A stretch of DNA of 64,000 nucleotides from an uncultured virus (IMG/VR IMGVR_UViG_3300033994_002454) (lineage: Duplodnaviria; Heunggongvirae; Uroviricota; Caudoviricetes): positions 1 to 64,000 of the IMG/VR virus record IMGVR_UViG_3300033994_002454. One strand, written 5' to 3'. Shown piece after piece: positions 10,214-20,701 of this stretch (within the stretch, counting starts at the first letter, position 1; each line of letters begins with the position of its first letter). The notes beneath the pieces are model-generated. The model ran no database searches, was not told the origin of the DNA, and was given only the letters and a program-made list of their open reading frames with translations. The position numbers and the translations under genes are program-made.

Positions 10214-11139
10214 ATTATAGATAATTTTTTCTCCATCAGTTTATATTGTGTTAATGGAGAAACTGTTTGTACTAATTTGGTAAAGTCTTCAAAACCCATG
10301 TCACTAGGATCTTTTCCTTGGAGTTCTACTAAATAAATTTCCTTTCCAATGTCTAAAAGCTGTTCACAGAAACCAAGGGCTTTTGAAATAGCATCGTTGT
10401 CTAATGCAATATATATTTTTTGTACTTTAGAAGTAACTATTTTTTTCATTAAATTTGATTGAATGTTTTTACCAAATAATGGTACAACATTACGTTTTAT
10501 AGCCATTGCATCAAATGGACCTTCACATAGTATAATAGGTAAGTCCCAGTTAATAAACAACTCAAACGGTATAATATCGCGAGATGTTTCAGGGTTGCGG
10601 TACTTGATGTAAGGATTTTTCTCAAATGATCTCGCGGTAAAATAATTTAATCTACCGTTACTATCATATGATGGGATAACAACCATGTTATTATATTGGC
10701 CTGAATCACAGTATCCAATATTGTATTTTAAAATATCGTGTTTAGATACATTTCGTTTTTTAAGATATGCTAGAGCATGTTTTGCTACAATATCTTTATT
10801 GTTGATAAAGGTTTTAAATTCCTTTGGTAGTTCAAGTAAAGTTTGTTTTACTTCTCCTATATCTTCTACAGAAACATTTTTTACAAGTTTACTTAGTTCC
10901 TGGAAGTAAGAGGCATCAACTTGGATTTGTTTAAATAAACTTCTAATGGTTTTACCTTTTTTACCACATACCCAACAAGCCCATTGATTTACTCCTTCTT
11001 TGTTTTCGGTAAAATTAACTTCTAGTTTTGGTTTGGAATGGTGACAAAATGGACAGGTATAGGATTGATTTCCTCTAGCGGTACGTTTTCCTGCCCCTAA
11101 AACAGAATTTACCAGATTAACTAATAACTCATTTACCAT
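10210..11139 (-). CDS. DNA primase (zinc-binding domain + TOPRIM)
   Basis: CPFC..H..CWVC zinc ribbon; LCEGPFDA; ALDND. Confidence 0.9.
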   Translation of the reverse strand: MVNELLVNLVNSVLGAGKRTARGNQSYTCPFCHHSKPKLEVNFTENKEGVNQWACWVCGKKGKTIRSLFKQIQVDASYFQELSKLVKNVSVEDIGEVKQTLLELPKEFKTFINNKDIVAKHALAYLKKRNVSKHDILKYNIGYCDSGQYNNMVVIPSYDSNGRLNYFTARSFEKNPYIKYRNPETSRDIIPFELFINWDLPIILCEGPFDAMAIKRNVVPLFGKNIQSNLMKKIVTSKVQKIYIALDNDAISKALGFCEQLLDIGKEIYLVELQGKDPSDMGFEDFTKLVQTVSPLTQYKLMEKKLSII

Positions 11140-11143
11140 AAAT

Positions 11144-11174
11144 AGAAGATATGACCTATCTTTTAAATATCAAA
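11144..11174 (-). promoter_or_regulatory. Bacteroidota sigma70-type promoter upstream of primase
   Basis: Minus strand TTTG-N19-TATCTTCT resembles the Bacteroidota -33 TTTG / -7 TAnnTTTG consensus. Confidence 0.5.
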
Positions 11175-11612
11175 GTCTTTTCTAAAAAACTTACCTAAAA
11201 TATTATCGTTGAAATATAAGTTAGATTCCTCTAACACTCTATGAATAAATAAAGATTGAGTTTCGTAATATGTTAAAAGCTTTTTGTTTGGACAAGTAAC
11301 TAAAATTTCTCGTGTAAAATTTTCTTTTGATTCTGTTTTAAGCAGTTCAAGTAATAATTTATTTGAACCCCAATATTTTTTCCAATCAGATTCAGAAGTT
11401 ACAATTTTGTAAGATGGTTTTCTACCAACTGTACCTTCATATAATTCAAGATCTTTTTTAGTTAATTTTGCTTTTTTATTATAGTAAAGTACTTTTTTAC
11501 CAATATAAGATTTACCTGATGGTATATGGGTTATTTTATAGATAAATCCATAGGTGTTGTTTGGAAATTGAGAAATATCCTCAATTTCCTGTTTTTTGTA
11601 TAACCAAATCAT
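11163..11612 (-). CDS. GIY-YIG (Seg-like) nuclease-family protein
   Basis: YGFIYKIT..YIGKK..YWGS..E..N. Confidence 0.75.
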   Translation of the reverse strand: MIWLYKKQEIEDISQFPNNTYGFIYKITHIPSGKSYIGKKVLYYNKKAKLTKKDLELYEGTVGRKPSYKIVTSESDWKKYWGSNKLLLELLKTESKENFTREILVTCPNKKLLTYYETQSLFIHRVLEESNLYFNDNILGKFFRKDFDI

Positions 11613-12568
11613 GATAACATGTCTAAATTAACTAATATAGTTGTATCAGTAACAGCAGAAGTTGGTAAAGGTTGAGCAAGTTTTCCTACAGCAATTAACT
11701 CGTAATTATTATTATAAAGTCCTACTGTTGTCACATATGGTGAAAAATAAGAACCAGTTGCAAAATCATATATAACTCCACTGTTTGCACTTCCAGAAAC
11801 TATAGTTGGGTTTTGAGAAAAATTAAATTCATTTTCTCTTAAAGTACACTTATATTGAGCTTCGTATATTGTTATAGTACTTTCAAATGAACAAGTTACA
11901 TTTGAAGATGTTATAAAACTTTTAATAAAAGATACGTCATTGTAATCGTATAAAATATTTCCATAAGTTCCAAACCCATAACCACTTAAACCTGGGGCTC
12001 CGTCATTGGTTAAAATGATCATTCCATGTTCATATATTACATCTCCAAATTTTAAAGATCCTGAAATTAAATTGCCTTCTCCATCATCTGTAAGAATACT
12101 AGTTCCGTTGGATAAACTTATGGATCCTGGTTTTAAATATTCTCCGAATAAATTAGAAGGGATTGAAATTACTCCTATTAAATCATTTGATCCTGTTGGG
12201 AAATATCTATTTGGGTTTAAAGTAGTAGAAAGATAATTATAATAACTAGGTTCATATGGTAACCCTGTTATTGTTCCATCATTATTGAATGATGCTGTAT
12301 TTGCTGGGGAACCGTTACTTCCTGAAATATAATTTGAGTAATAAAGTTCTTTTATTGAATGGTAAACTAAAATTTCATCTTGGATAGTAATATAACCTGT
12401 TGGGTATGAACCAGAAACCCAAAGAGTAAACGGAATATTCATTCCGGTATACCTATCAATTTCTACATTAGAGCCAGTAAGTTCATTGCCTTGAAAGGTA
12501 AACGATTTGTTTACCTTAAAGGGTGAAACGATAACGTCTGAAGTTATAAATGACTTGAATACGCTCAT
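11609..12568 (-). CDS. virion structural protein (baseplate/tail)
   Basis: C-terminal PYVTTVGLYN..LIAVGKL.QPL domain; paralogous to next gene; located in baseplate module. Confidence 0.6.
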   Translation of the reverse strand: MSVFKSFITSDVIVSPFKVNKSFTFQGNELTGSNVEIDRYTGMNIPFTLWVSGSYPTGYITIQDEILVYHSIKELYYSNYISGSNGSPANTASFNNDGTITGLPYEPSYYNYLSTTLNPNRYFPTGSNDLIGVISIPSNLFGEYLKPGSISLSNGTSILTDDGEGNLISGSLKFGDVIYEHGMIILTNDGAPGLSGYGFGTYGNILYDYNDVSFIKSFITSSNVTCSFESTITIYEAQYKCTLRENEFNFSQNPTIVSGSANSGVIYDFATGSYFSPYVTTVGLYNNNYELIAVGKLAQPLPTSAVTDTTILVNLDMLS

Positions 12569-12574
12569 TCATTC

Positions 12575-13588
12575 TTAGAAATCTAGTTTTACTCTAACAA
12601 GAGCTTCTTTTGTAAAGTCTTTCAACAATGGTCTTGACATTTTAGCAACAGCTAATAAATCATTACTGTCATTATACATTCCAACTGTAGTAATATAAAC
12701 TTGAGGTTGGTTTATAAAGTTATCATAAATTACTTCACCTGTAGAACCCGAAATAAATGATGGGTTTTCTGAGTAGTTAAATTCACTATTACGTGCTCTA
12801 ACAAATACATAATCAGAAGTAATGGTTTCTTCGGAATTTAAAGCAAATGAAGCTGCTCCTGCAATAGCATTATATAGTGTTTGGTTATTTAAACCATCAC
12901 TATTATTAGATCTACTTGCATCAACTTGGATTGATTGAGAAATAGCAGATGGATTAAGTAAAATTGTTCCTAAATCAGGAAACACTAAACCATATGAACC
13001 AGATCCAGCAACATATCCACTATTAGGTAATGAACCTGCTGTACCATTAGATCCAGAAATTAATTGGTATACTCTAGATGAACCTATAAAAGTATTTACT
13101 GGGTTGTCAAGAGAATTATCTGTTAAATTAATAGTACCACCTGGTCCTGTAAGTTGTAGATTTAAAGATCCAGGAAAAAGAGATTGTTTGTAACGAGCTC
13201 TTTCAATTGAAAGAACCCAAAAATAAGATCCTGTTGATACGTTATTCCCTGTTCCAAAAATAAAACTAGCATTTTCATCTTCTAGAATTAATGAACGGTA
13301 TTGCCCATAAATTGTTTTAGTGTATGAATTCTCAGGAACAATTGGGTTATACCATGTGCTTCCACTTCCTAAAGCATCAGCATATGCAATATCAAATTGT
13401 ACTTGAGCTGTTGAATCTGTTGAAGCTGTTTGATATACACTTAAGTAATAATTTCCAGAAGAACCAGCAGCTTGGATAGATGATGTTTCAAATATTGTTA
13501 AGGTTGGAGCTCCAGTTGACCAGAGTGTAGAGGTAATTGAATCGCTACTTACTAAAAAATCTTCGGGATCGAATCTTTTAAATGCCAT
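12575..13588 (-). CDS. virion structural protein (baseplate/tail)
   Basis: EFNYSENPSF..YITTVGMYN..LLAVAKMSRPL; shares C-terminal domain with 11609-12568. Confidence 0.6.
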   Translation of the reverse strand: MAFKRFDPEDFLVSSDSITSTLWSTGAPTLTIFETSSIQAAGSSGNYYLSVYQTASTDSTAQVQFDIAYADALGSGSTWYNPIVPENSYTKTIYGQYRSLILEDENASFIFGTGNNVSTGSYFWVLSIERARYKQSLFPGSLNLQLTGPGGTINLTDNSLDNPVNTFIGSSRVYQLISGSNGTAGSLPNSGYVAGSGSYGLVFPDLGTILLNPSAISQSIQVDASRSNNSDGLNNQTLYNAIAGAASFALNSEETITSDYVFVRARNSEFNYSENPSFISGSTGEVIYDNFINQPQVYITTVGMYNDSNDLLAVAKMSRPLLKDFTKEALVRVKLDF

Positions 13589-13598
13589 TATTTATATT

Positions 13599-14270
13599 TT
13601 AAATGTTTGTTTTATTAATTGTAACAGGAATAGTTAAACGAGCACCACTATCTAAACCTACAACGGTTAATGTAGCAGATAATTGAGTATTATTACCAAA
13701 TAATGTATTTACAGTAGTTGCTCTTAAGTTAATTTGAGAACCAATGACTGTTACAGATACATTTGTTCCTAAAGTTGTTGTTGAAGTAACAGCAGCATTT
13801 GCTGAAGCTGCAGCTGTTGTGTTAATACCTACTCCTGTAAATGTACTCATTAAACGGACATCTGAAATAGTAGCTGAATATCCGCTAGTTTCATATGCTT
13901 GGGTATTTCCTAAATAATTTAATGTTTGAGGAGTAACAGATAATGCAGCTCCTTGATTTAAGGTAATTGCTGAGTATCCTAGATCAAGTACAGGTAATTT
14001 AGCTGTTCCGCGAGGTAGGGTAGCTAATTTATACTTCATAATTTGAGTTTCAATAGGAAATGCCTCTAATAAAGGCATATTTTGAATAGCTTCACCATAA
14101 AATGAAGAGCCTGAAGGGTGAGTAGGATTATATAGAGTATAATCAATTTCGTCATCTGCTAGAGCAAACTGTGTAATTCTAAACGAACCGTCATTTTTTG
14201 CTAAAAGCTCTCTACCTTTATTTGTTAAAATTGCGTCAACTGTTATGACCTGATTATTTAAATATCCCAT
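13599..14270 (-). CDS. virion structural protein (tail-fibre/baseplate attachment-like N-terminus)
   Basis: VDAILTNKGRELLA..ITQFALADDEIDY resembles the N-terminal domain of P2 gpH-type fibres. Confidence 0.55.
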   Translation of the reverse strand: MGYLNNQVITVDAILTNKGRELLAKNDGSFRITQFALADDEIDYTLYNPTHPSGSSFYGEAIQNMPLLEAFPIETQIMKYKLATLPRGTAKLPVLDLGYSAITLNQGAALSVTPQTLNYLGNTQAYETSGYSATISDVRLMSTFTGVGINTTAAASANAAVTSTTTLGTNVSVTVIGSQINLRATTVNTLFGNNTQLSATLTVVGLDSGARLTIPVTINKTNI

Positions 14271-14312
14271 GTTTTAATATTGTTATAGGTGTATTATATG
14301 TAATAAATATCA

Positions 14313-17300
14313 TTAAATCAACCCTTTCTGCGTAAGATCTAAAATAAATTGATCTACTGATTTGTTTAGTTCAGGAACTACATATTCAGGTCTTACTATA
14401 TATGGACCACTGGCATTTGTAGGTCTATATCCTTCCATCAAAATTAAACTAGCATCATCAACATATCGTCTAATTAAAAAGTGATCTAAGTTAAATACTG
14501 TAGAAGAAGCTGAAACTGGAAGAGCATAATTAAAATGGACTTCAATAGATCCTGTTTGGGTAATGCGATCTGATCCACTTTCAGCAGGGCCAAATATTTT
14601 TCCTACTTGATAAACATAATCTTCTCTACCTTCAAATCTAAATTCATCTGCATATTTTATTGACCAAGGTAATGTAACTGGGTTAAAGCCGGATCCTGTT
14701 ATATCAACCATTTTAACATTAGGATCACCATATAAGTTTACTAATGTTGCTTCAGAAGAAGTTATAACATTTGGATAAGTTGTTTTATTTGGCCATCCCC
14801 AAATTGAATTAGCTCCTGAAGAGGTAACAGGGGAAGTAGCTATAGGAGATTGATATATTTTAAAAACTGAATTTGGTAATACAAAAAATGATCCTCCAGC
14901 AACATTACCAATCCATTTTATATAAACTGTATATATATCATTAATATTAAGTGTAGTATTAGATAATAGAACCCCAGTAATATCTATAATACCATTATTT
15001 CCTGGGGAGTTATATGATGGGGTATGAAGAATGCTTATAGGGTTTCCAGTGGAATCTAATAAGGGATTTCCATTTTTATATATAAAAAGTTCTATTGTAT
15101 AGTTAATAGTACTTCCAAAGGGTTGGGTTATTACATATTTTACCTCAGCATCTAAATATAAACTAACACCATCTCCTATTGGACCTGTTGTAACTTGATA
15201 TCCATTATTTGACAAATAAGTATTTCCATATACTGCATTACTAAATGAAACTTTAGTTGGAATATTCCCAAAAACTTGAATTGAGGATCCAGTAGTATTA
15301 TACAATGCTGTGTAGTTTCCTACAGAACCAGAAGCAGTTAAAACTATATCTTCAAAACTCATTGTAGTATTCCATGTAACATTTGGAGAACTACCAAACT
15401 GAGTATATAAAATAGGCTCAATACGAGTACCACCTCTAATAACATTTCTATATTGAGTTCCTCCTGCGGAAATTGTTTGAGTATTTATTAACATTCTTTC
15501 TCCAGACTCAAATGTTCCTTTAATATCAGCTAATGAGTTTTCTGAGGTATTTGGGATAACAACAGTTCCATCAGACTTGATTAAATATAAAACGTGAATT
15601 GCTGAGGCATTCATTTTTTCAGAAGGCCATCCTGAAATAGAATCACAGTAGGCAACCATGTTTTTTAAACTATCTATTGTTGGTAGTTTACCATAAGTTC
15701 CAGTATCACCAGGTGTCCAAACATTTAATTGTTGTGAAGTTGATTTTACACCATCATAACGAGGTAAAGTTACTCGTTTAGAGGAATAATTTGAATCTTG
15801 AACAGCTGCTTTAAGAGCACTTCCACTAATTAATAAATTAAAATTAACCGGAGTTAAAATATTAGTTGAGTAATCTATATCTTCATATATTGAATTTAAT
15901 CGTGCTTCTTCAATATTATTCATTATAGGATTATAACTACTATAATAGTAATTAGGTTCTGTAATATAAGGTTCTACAATATTAGAAACACTGCTTGGAG
16001 AATTTATATTTCTACTCTGGGTAATTAAAAATTCAGCATTTGTTATAGTAACGGGATTTCCAAAAGGTATAAAACCCCAAGAATAGTAAGAACTTCCTTG
16101 TACAGGATAAAATGATCCTGAAATAGTATAAGTAGTTGGTGTTGTTGTAATAGTAAATGTTTGACTAGTTACTGTACCTGATCCTATAGATCCTGGGATG
16201 ATTTGTTGGAAATTTAAGTTTAAAGTAGCTATACCTACAGAAGTTTGAGCTAGGAAACTTGCTGTAAAATTTAATGGAGTATTTGGTGTATATCCAAAAT
16301 TAGTATTTCCTGAGGAAGAATCATAGTAGTTTAAAGGGTTAATGCTAGCTGTAAGTAAAAAAGGATAAACAGTTGTTCCAGGTATAATTTCAGGAATTGT
16401 TATAGAAGCAGAAACAGTATAATCTAAAATTTTATTATCAGCTGCAACAAATGGAAAATTTCCATATGTTGTAGGATTAACTTTATATAGATAATAACTT
16501 GGATATTCATTAAGGATATCTAAATCATATTCTATATATTGTGATGTAGATGAATTATAAATTAAAATTTTATCAAGTTGTCCTAAAACATTACTGTTAT
16601 TATTTCCTAATGAATCTATTTTAGCTATTTTAAAATATGTAGCAGCATATTCAGATCCAGGGAATGGAACCGTAAATGTTTCATAATCAATAAAAATCAT
16701 CATTTCCCCATTTTGAGGAGATGTTACAGGATTTATAAAATTACCAAAAAATATAGCTTCATCAATTTCATTTAAAGGAAGAACTGAGCCTGATAAAGTT
16801 GGAAAATAGAGAACTTGTTGATAAGGTAAAGATACATTTTGTAATGGGTATGATTGGGCTAAGCTTTGAGTAGTTACTATTAAATTTGATCCACTAAATT
16901 CACCATTATAAAACTCATCTTGAGTACTATGTAGCATAACTACAGAGCCAGAGGGAGTAATAATACTTTCGGACCAACTTTGAGTTAAAAAGTATATGTT
17001 ATTAGGTCCAATACCATTTGCTCCATAAGGAGAAGTTAAAACACCATTATATGGGTTAAACACACCTGCAGGACCTCCACTAAAATTTTCTACAGTTCCT
17101 GGGTGGTAAGTATTCCAACTTGGGGTTAAAGTTCCAGAAACTATAATATTTTGAAATGTAAAAGGAACATTATTATTAGATCCACTAGTAGTATATGCTA
17201 TTGTTGAATAGTTATCTACTTGTGGTTCAGGGTATCTGTTTCTTTCAAGTATAGACTGTTTGATTACAATACCCGAGGCAAGACTTGTACGTGCAGGTAC

Positions 17301-20300
17301 AAAATCTTTAATCATTTTGAATAATGAGTTATCAAAGAATTTGATTAAACGAATAAAATCATTTAAATCATAATTTTTTGTATATTTTTCAAAGTAATCA
17401 TTTCGTAAAATATCTAACTCAGGATAAGATAATGCTGATGATGATCTAAATCTTGGGTCACCAATATATTCTCCAATGTTAAAATATCCAATTTGACCCA
17501 TGATATCATCATTGATTTCATCTTGGGGTGAAAATGCTACTTCAAGTAAATTAGTATTTGCTGTGTAGCTTTGACTAATTTCTACATTTTGGGATAATGA
17601 TCTAAAAGCAGATAATGTATCTCCAGAAGGAATTGTATTATCTTCTACTCTAATTTTATCAGAAATAGCATTTTTAATACCAATTATAGGTTGATCTATA
17701 AAGAAATATTCTGTATTAGGATTAAATGTTGGTATATCATGAATATAAAAAGTATTTCCTCCTAAAGAAGGGAGAAATGAACTTGTTGTAGTCCATGATC
17801 CTGTTACTTTAGGGTGAATCGAAACCGATCCAGTATATAATTCACCTCCTAAAGATGCTCTAAAAGCTAATTCATTTGGAGAAGAATTTAATGAATTTCC
17901 TTCAATCGAATAAGGATTCATTACATAATCCTTAAATACACTTTCACTTAGTACTGTTGTATAGTATCTAATTTCTTGTAAAGATCCAGAGAATGAATCA
18001 TAAGTTCCCCCAGCAATTGCTGTATTAGAATTAGCAAAAGTAGAAATATTTCCTGTAAGCCAGGCTGTTGAATCTTCATTTATGAATGAAGAAGTATAAA
18101 AACCTAATAGGGTTCCATTATCTCCTCCTTCATATACGTTATTACCTGCATATAAAGTAAAATCATCCCCGTTTCTAGTTACCATTGTAGACCACCATCC
18201 ACCATCAAAAAATGGTAAATATATGCTAGCTGTTGAATTAGGGAAATTTACAGCATCTGGGTAGAAAATTAAATTTGCATATTGGTAATATGGATCTATA
18301 ATTGAACCTGAATAAGAACCTGAGGAATATCCTGATCCAGTATATTGGAGTACTATGGATGAAAAATTATCATTATACCATAAACTTTGAGAATATGGGA
18401 TAGATGATGTTGGTAAACCTTCTGTTTTAAATCTAAATTCTAGTGTAGAAGGAACATTGTTCGGAGAGTTCCAATCAATACTTACTTTCCAAGAAGAAGA
18501 AATATGATTACTTCCTGTTGTATAAAAAGCATAATTAAATGTATCTTGCCAATAATCCCAATCATTTGAGTTGATTTTATCTTTTCCACCATATTCATTA
18601 ATTCTTAATACAGTATCAGGAATACCATAAGAAGTTATTAACGTGCGCAGACCAGGTAGGGTACCTTTTGATTTAAGCAGGTACGGCAAGTTATGATAAA
18701 TGCGTTTATATAGCGATTTATTTACATCGTCTAACGGTATATAATCGTTAGAAGCAGATATTAAGGTATCAATATATTCAAATCCGCTTGGAGTTGGAAG
18801 TGAACCTGTAATATTAGGGAAGGGAAATAAACCACCTTCAGGAGTTAAACCTATAAATGCAGTATATAAATCCTGTATTGAAAAATTATTTTGGTATAGT
18901 TTAATTCCAAAATCACGAATAGCATCTGCTACTATATCTTTTGAAATACCATATTCTAAACGGTTATCAGCATTATATTTTTCAGTAACATCTTTATAGT
19001 AAATCCAAATATTATCATAAAATTGACCCACCATATCAACAAATAATTTATATTGATTGTTTGATGGATCGTCTCTTAAATATTCAGGTATTACATAATA
19101 TAAATAATCTTTATTAAGATCATCGTATATAGATGCTGAAAGTAAAATACCACCATAGAATGGGGAAGTTTCATCAACACTACCAAACCAATTTAGTACT
19201 TGGGTACTACCGGTTAAATATAACTGATAAGGAGGTTGTGAAGTTGATTTAGGCCAAGCCCATGAACCACTTGAGTAATATAAATAATATTCATAACCGT
19301 CGAAATTAGTTATAATATTGTTTATATATGCTTCATATATAGCAATACTAACATTTGGATCGTTATTTATTGTATTATTTAAAGTAGCTATAGATGCTGA
19401 GTAATTTTCAAGAAGGGATACTTTATAATAAAAATTTTCTAATCTAGTTTGAGCTGAACTAAAGTGGATAAAATTATTAAAGTCTGTATAGTCTATGTTA
19501 ATATCAATTTCTTTTTCTTCTAGTAAACTACTTAATTGATTAAAAGAACTAGTTAAAGTAGTAGTAGTTAAAGAAGTATAATTTAAAGCTACTGTTGAAT
19601 TGTTTACTTGATCTTTTAAGTCTAAATTAAAATTAGGTCCTTTTATAGGAATAGTATCAGTAATAATAATAGGAAGATCCTCAAATGCTACTTGATATGC
19701 TAAAGAATTATCTAAAGAAGTTACTACCCATAATTGAGAATTTAAATCAAATTGTTCAGGAAGAGATTCATATAATTTAATTAAAATAGAAACATTATTA
19801 GGATCTGAGTCATCTAATTGAATGTTATTAGCTAGGGTTAATGAGTTGGTTCCAAAGTTAAGATAAAAATCTACAAAATATGAGCTATTTTCTCGTTGTT
19901 GAATAAAATTATTTGTTTGTTCAACTAAATCAATATCTGTTAAAGAAGTACTATCTAACCTAAGTTCAGTTCTATCAGATGATATTTCAGAAATATATAA
20001 CTGTTGAAGTTCAGAACCTATTTGTTTATTAAAGAAATTAAAATATGTAATATATTCTCCTTGATCAAACCCATTATCAATAAGAATTTTTTCAGGGTCA
20101 ACTTCTATTTGAGAAATAGAATTATTGTTTCCGGCTGATTGTCCATTATTAAGGATAGTATATTCTGAAAAATTATAATCTTCAAAAAGTATATTTTGAT
20201 TATTATCATATATAAATAATTCAATATAACTTCCAGTAGTTAAAGTAGTATCTATTTCAGTAGAAGAAATTAACGAAATATCGTTTCCTCCATATGTTTG

Positions 20301-20345
20301 AAATATAAAATCTTGTGCATCTATCTGTGTAATTTCTGCAGCCAT
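14313..20345 (-). CDS. 2010-aa baseplate wedge/tail structural protein
   Basis: LPYLLKSKGT..LR.LIT.YG (P2 gpI-like), a LamG-like beta domain (TLEFRFKT..FSGSLQEIRYY), Ser/Thr-rich beta regions. Confidence 0.7.
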   Translation of the reverse strand: MAAEITQIDAQDFIFQTYGGNDISLISSTEIDTTLTTGSYIELFIYDNNQNILFEDYNFSEYTILNNGQSAGNNNSISQIEVDPEKILIDNGFDQGEYITYFNFFNKQIGSELQQLYISEISSDRTELRLDSTSLTDIDLVEQTNNFIQQRENSSYFVDFYLNFGTNSLTLANNIQLDDSDPNNVSILIKLYESLPEQFDLNSQLWVVTSLDNSLAYQVAFEDLPIIITDTIPIKGPNFNLDLKDQVNNSTVALNYTSLTTTTLTSSFNQLSSLLEEKEIDINIDYTDFNNFIHFSSAQTRLENFYYKVSLLENYSASIATLNNTINNDPNVSIAIYEAYINNIITNFDGYEYYLYYSSGSWAWPKSTSQPPYQLYLTGSTQVLNWFGSVDETSPFYGGILLSASIYDDLNKDYLYYVIPEYLRDDPSNNQYKLFVDMVGQFYDNIWIYYKDVTEKYNADNRLEYGISKDIVADAIRDFGIKLYQNNFSIQDLYTAFIGLTPEGGLFPFPNITGSLPTPSGFEYIDTLISASNDYIPLDDVNKSLYKRIYHNLPYLLKSKGTLPGLRTLITSYGIPDTVLRINEYGGKDKINSNDWDYWQDTFNYAFYTTGSNHISSSWKVSIDWNSPNNVPSTLEFRFKTEGLPTSSIPYSQSLWYNDNFSSIVLQYTGSGYSSGSYSGSIIDPYYQYANLIFYPDAVNFPNSTASIYLPFFDGGWWSTMVTRNGDDFTLYAGNNVYEGGDNGTLLGFYTSSFINEDSTAWLTGNISTFANSNTAIAGGTYDSFSGSLQEIRYYTTVLSESVFKDYVMNPYSIEGNSLNSSPNELAFRASLGGELYTGSVSIHPKVTGSWTTTSSFLPSLGGNTFYIHDIPTFNPNTEYFFIDQPIIGIKNAISDKIRVEDNTIPSGDTLSAFRSLSQNVEISQSYTANTNLLEVAFSPQDEINDDIMGQIGYFNIGEYIGDPRFRSSSALSYPELDILRNDYFEKYTKNYDLNDFIRLIKFFDNSLFKMIKDFVPARTSLASGIVIKQSILERNRYPEPQVDNYSTIAYTTSGSNNNVPFTFQNIIVSGTLTPSWNTYHPGTVENFSGGPAGVFNPYNGVLTSPYGANGIGPNNIYFLTQSWSESIITPSGSVVMLHSTQDEFYNGEFSGSNLIVTTQSLAQSYPLQNVSLPYQQVLYFPTLSGSVLPLNEIDEAIFFGNFINPVTSPQNGEMMIFIDYETFTVPFPGSEYAATYFKIAKIDSLGNNNSNVLGQLDKILIYNSSTSQYIEYDLDILNEYPSYYLYKVNPTTYGNFPFVAADNKILDYTVSASITIPEIIPGTTVYPFLLTASINPLNYYDSSSGNTNFGYTPNTPLNFTASFLAQTSVGIATLNLNFQQIIPGSIGSGTVTSQTFTITTTPTTYTISGSFYPVQGSSYYSWGFIPFGNPVTITNAEFLITQSRNINSPSSVSNIVEPYITEPNYYYSSYNPIMNNIEEARLNSIYEDIDYSTNILTPVNFNLLISGSALKAAVQDSNYSSKRVTLPRYDGVKSTSQQLNVWTPGDTGTYGKLPTIDSLKNMVAYCDSISGWPSEKMNASAIHVLYLIKSDGTVVIPNTSENSLADIKGTFESGERMLINTQTISAGGTQYRNVIRGGTRIEPILYTQFGSSPNVTWNTTMSFEDIVLTASGSVGNYTALYNTTGSSIQVFGNIPTKVSFSNAVYGNTYLSNNGYQVTTGPIGDGVSLYLDAEVKYVITQPFGSTINYTIELFIYKNGNPLLDSTGNPISILHTPSYNSPGNNGIIDITGVLLSNTTLNINDIYTVYIKWIGNVAGGSFFVLPNSVFKIYQSPIATSPVTSSGANSIWGWPNKTTYPNVITSSEATLVNLYGDPNVKMVDITGSGFNPVTLPWSIKYADEFRFEGREDYVYQVGKIFGPAESGSDRITQTGSIEVHFNYALPVSASSTVFNLDHFLIRRYVDDASLILMEGYRPTNASGPYIVRPEYVVPELNKSVDQFILDLTQKGLI

Positions 20346-20347
20346 TA

Positions 20348-20701
20348 TTAGGTAAGTGTTGTTCCGGTTTGTAATTCTATAACTTGTTTTTGGGCTTCAA
20401 GTAAATCTGTTCTTAATTGAGCTATTTCATTTTGAAGAGCTATTATTTCATCTTGATTAGCATCAAATGCTATATATTCACTACTTTTTTTAATCAAATA
20501 CTCATGTGAATTAGTTGCCCCTAGTTCAGGTATTTGATAAAATAATTCATTGTACATATTAAAAAAATCGTCTACAGTTGGTTGTTGGTCAATTTGTTCT
20601 TGAATTGTTTGAACACCCAATTGTTTAAAAGAAGTATCTATTACTTTAGTGTACTGTCTTTTATCATATACTTGTTTATTTAGATTTATACTTTCACTCA
20701 T
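20348..20701 (-). CDS. structural-module hypothetical protein with C-terminal coiled coil
   Basis: 117-aa ORF, heptad C-terminus. Confidence 0.55.
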   Translation of the reverse strand: MSESINLNKQVYDKRQYTKVIDTSFKQLGVQTIQEQIDQQPTVDDFFNMYNELFYQIPELGATNSHEYLIKKSSEYIAFDANQDEIIALQNEIAQLRTDLLEAQKQVIELQTGTTLT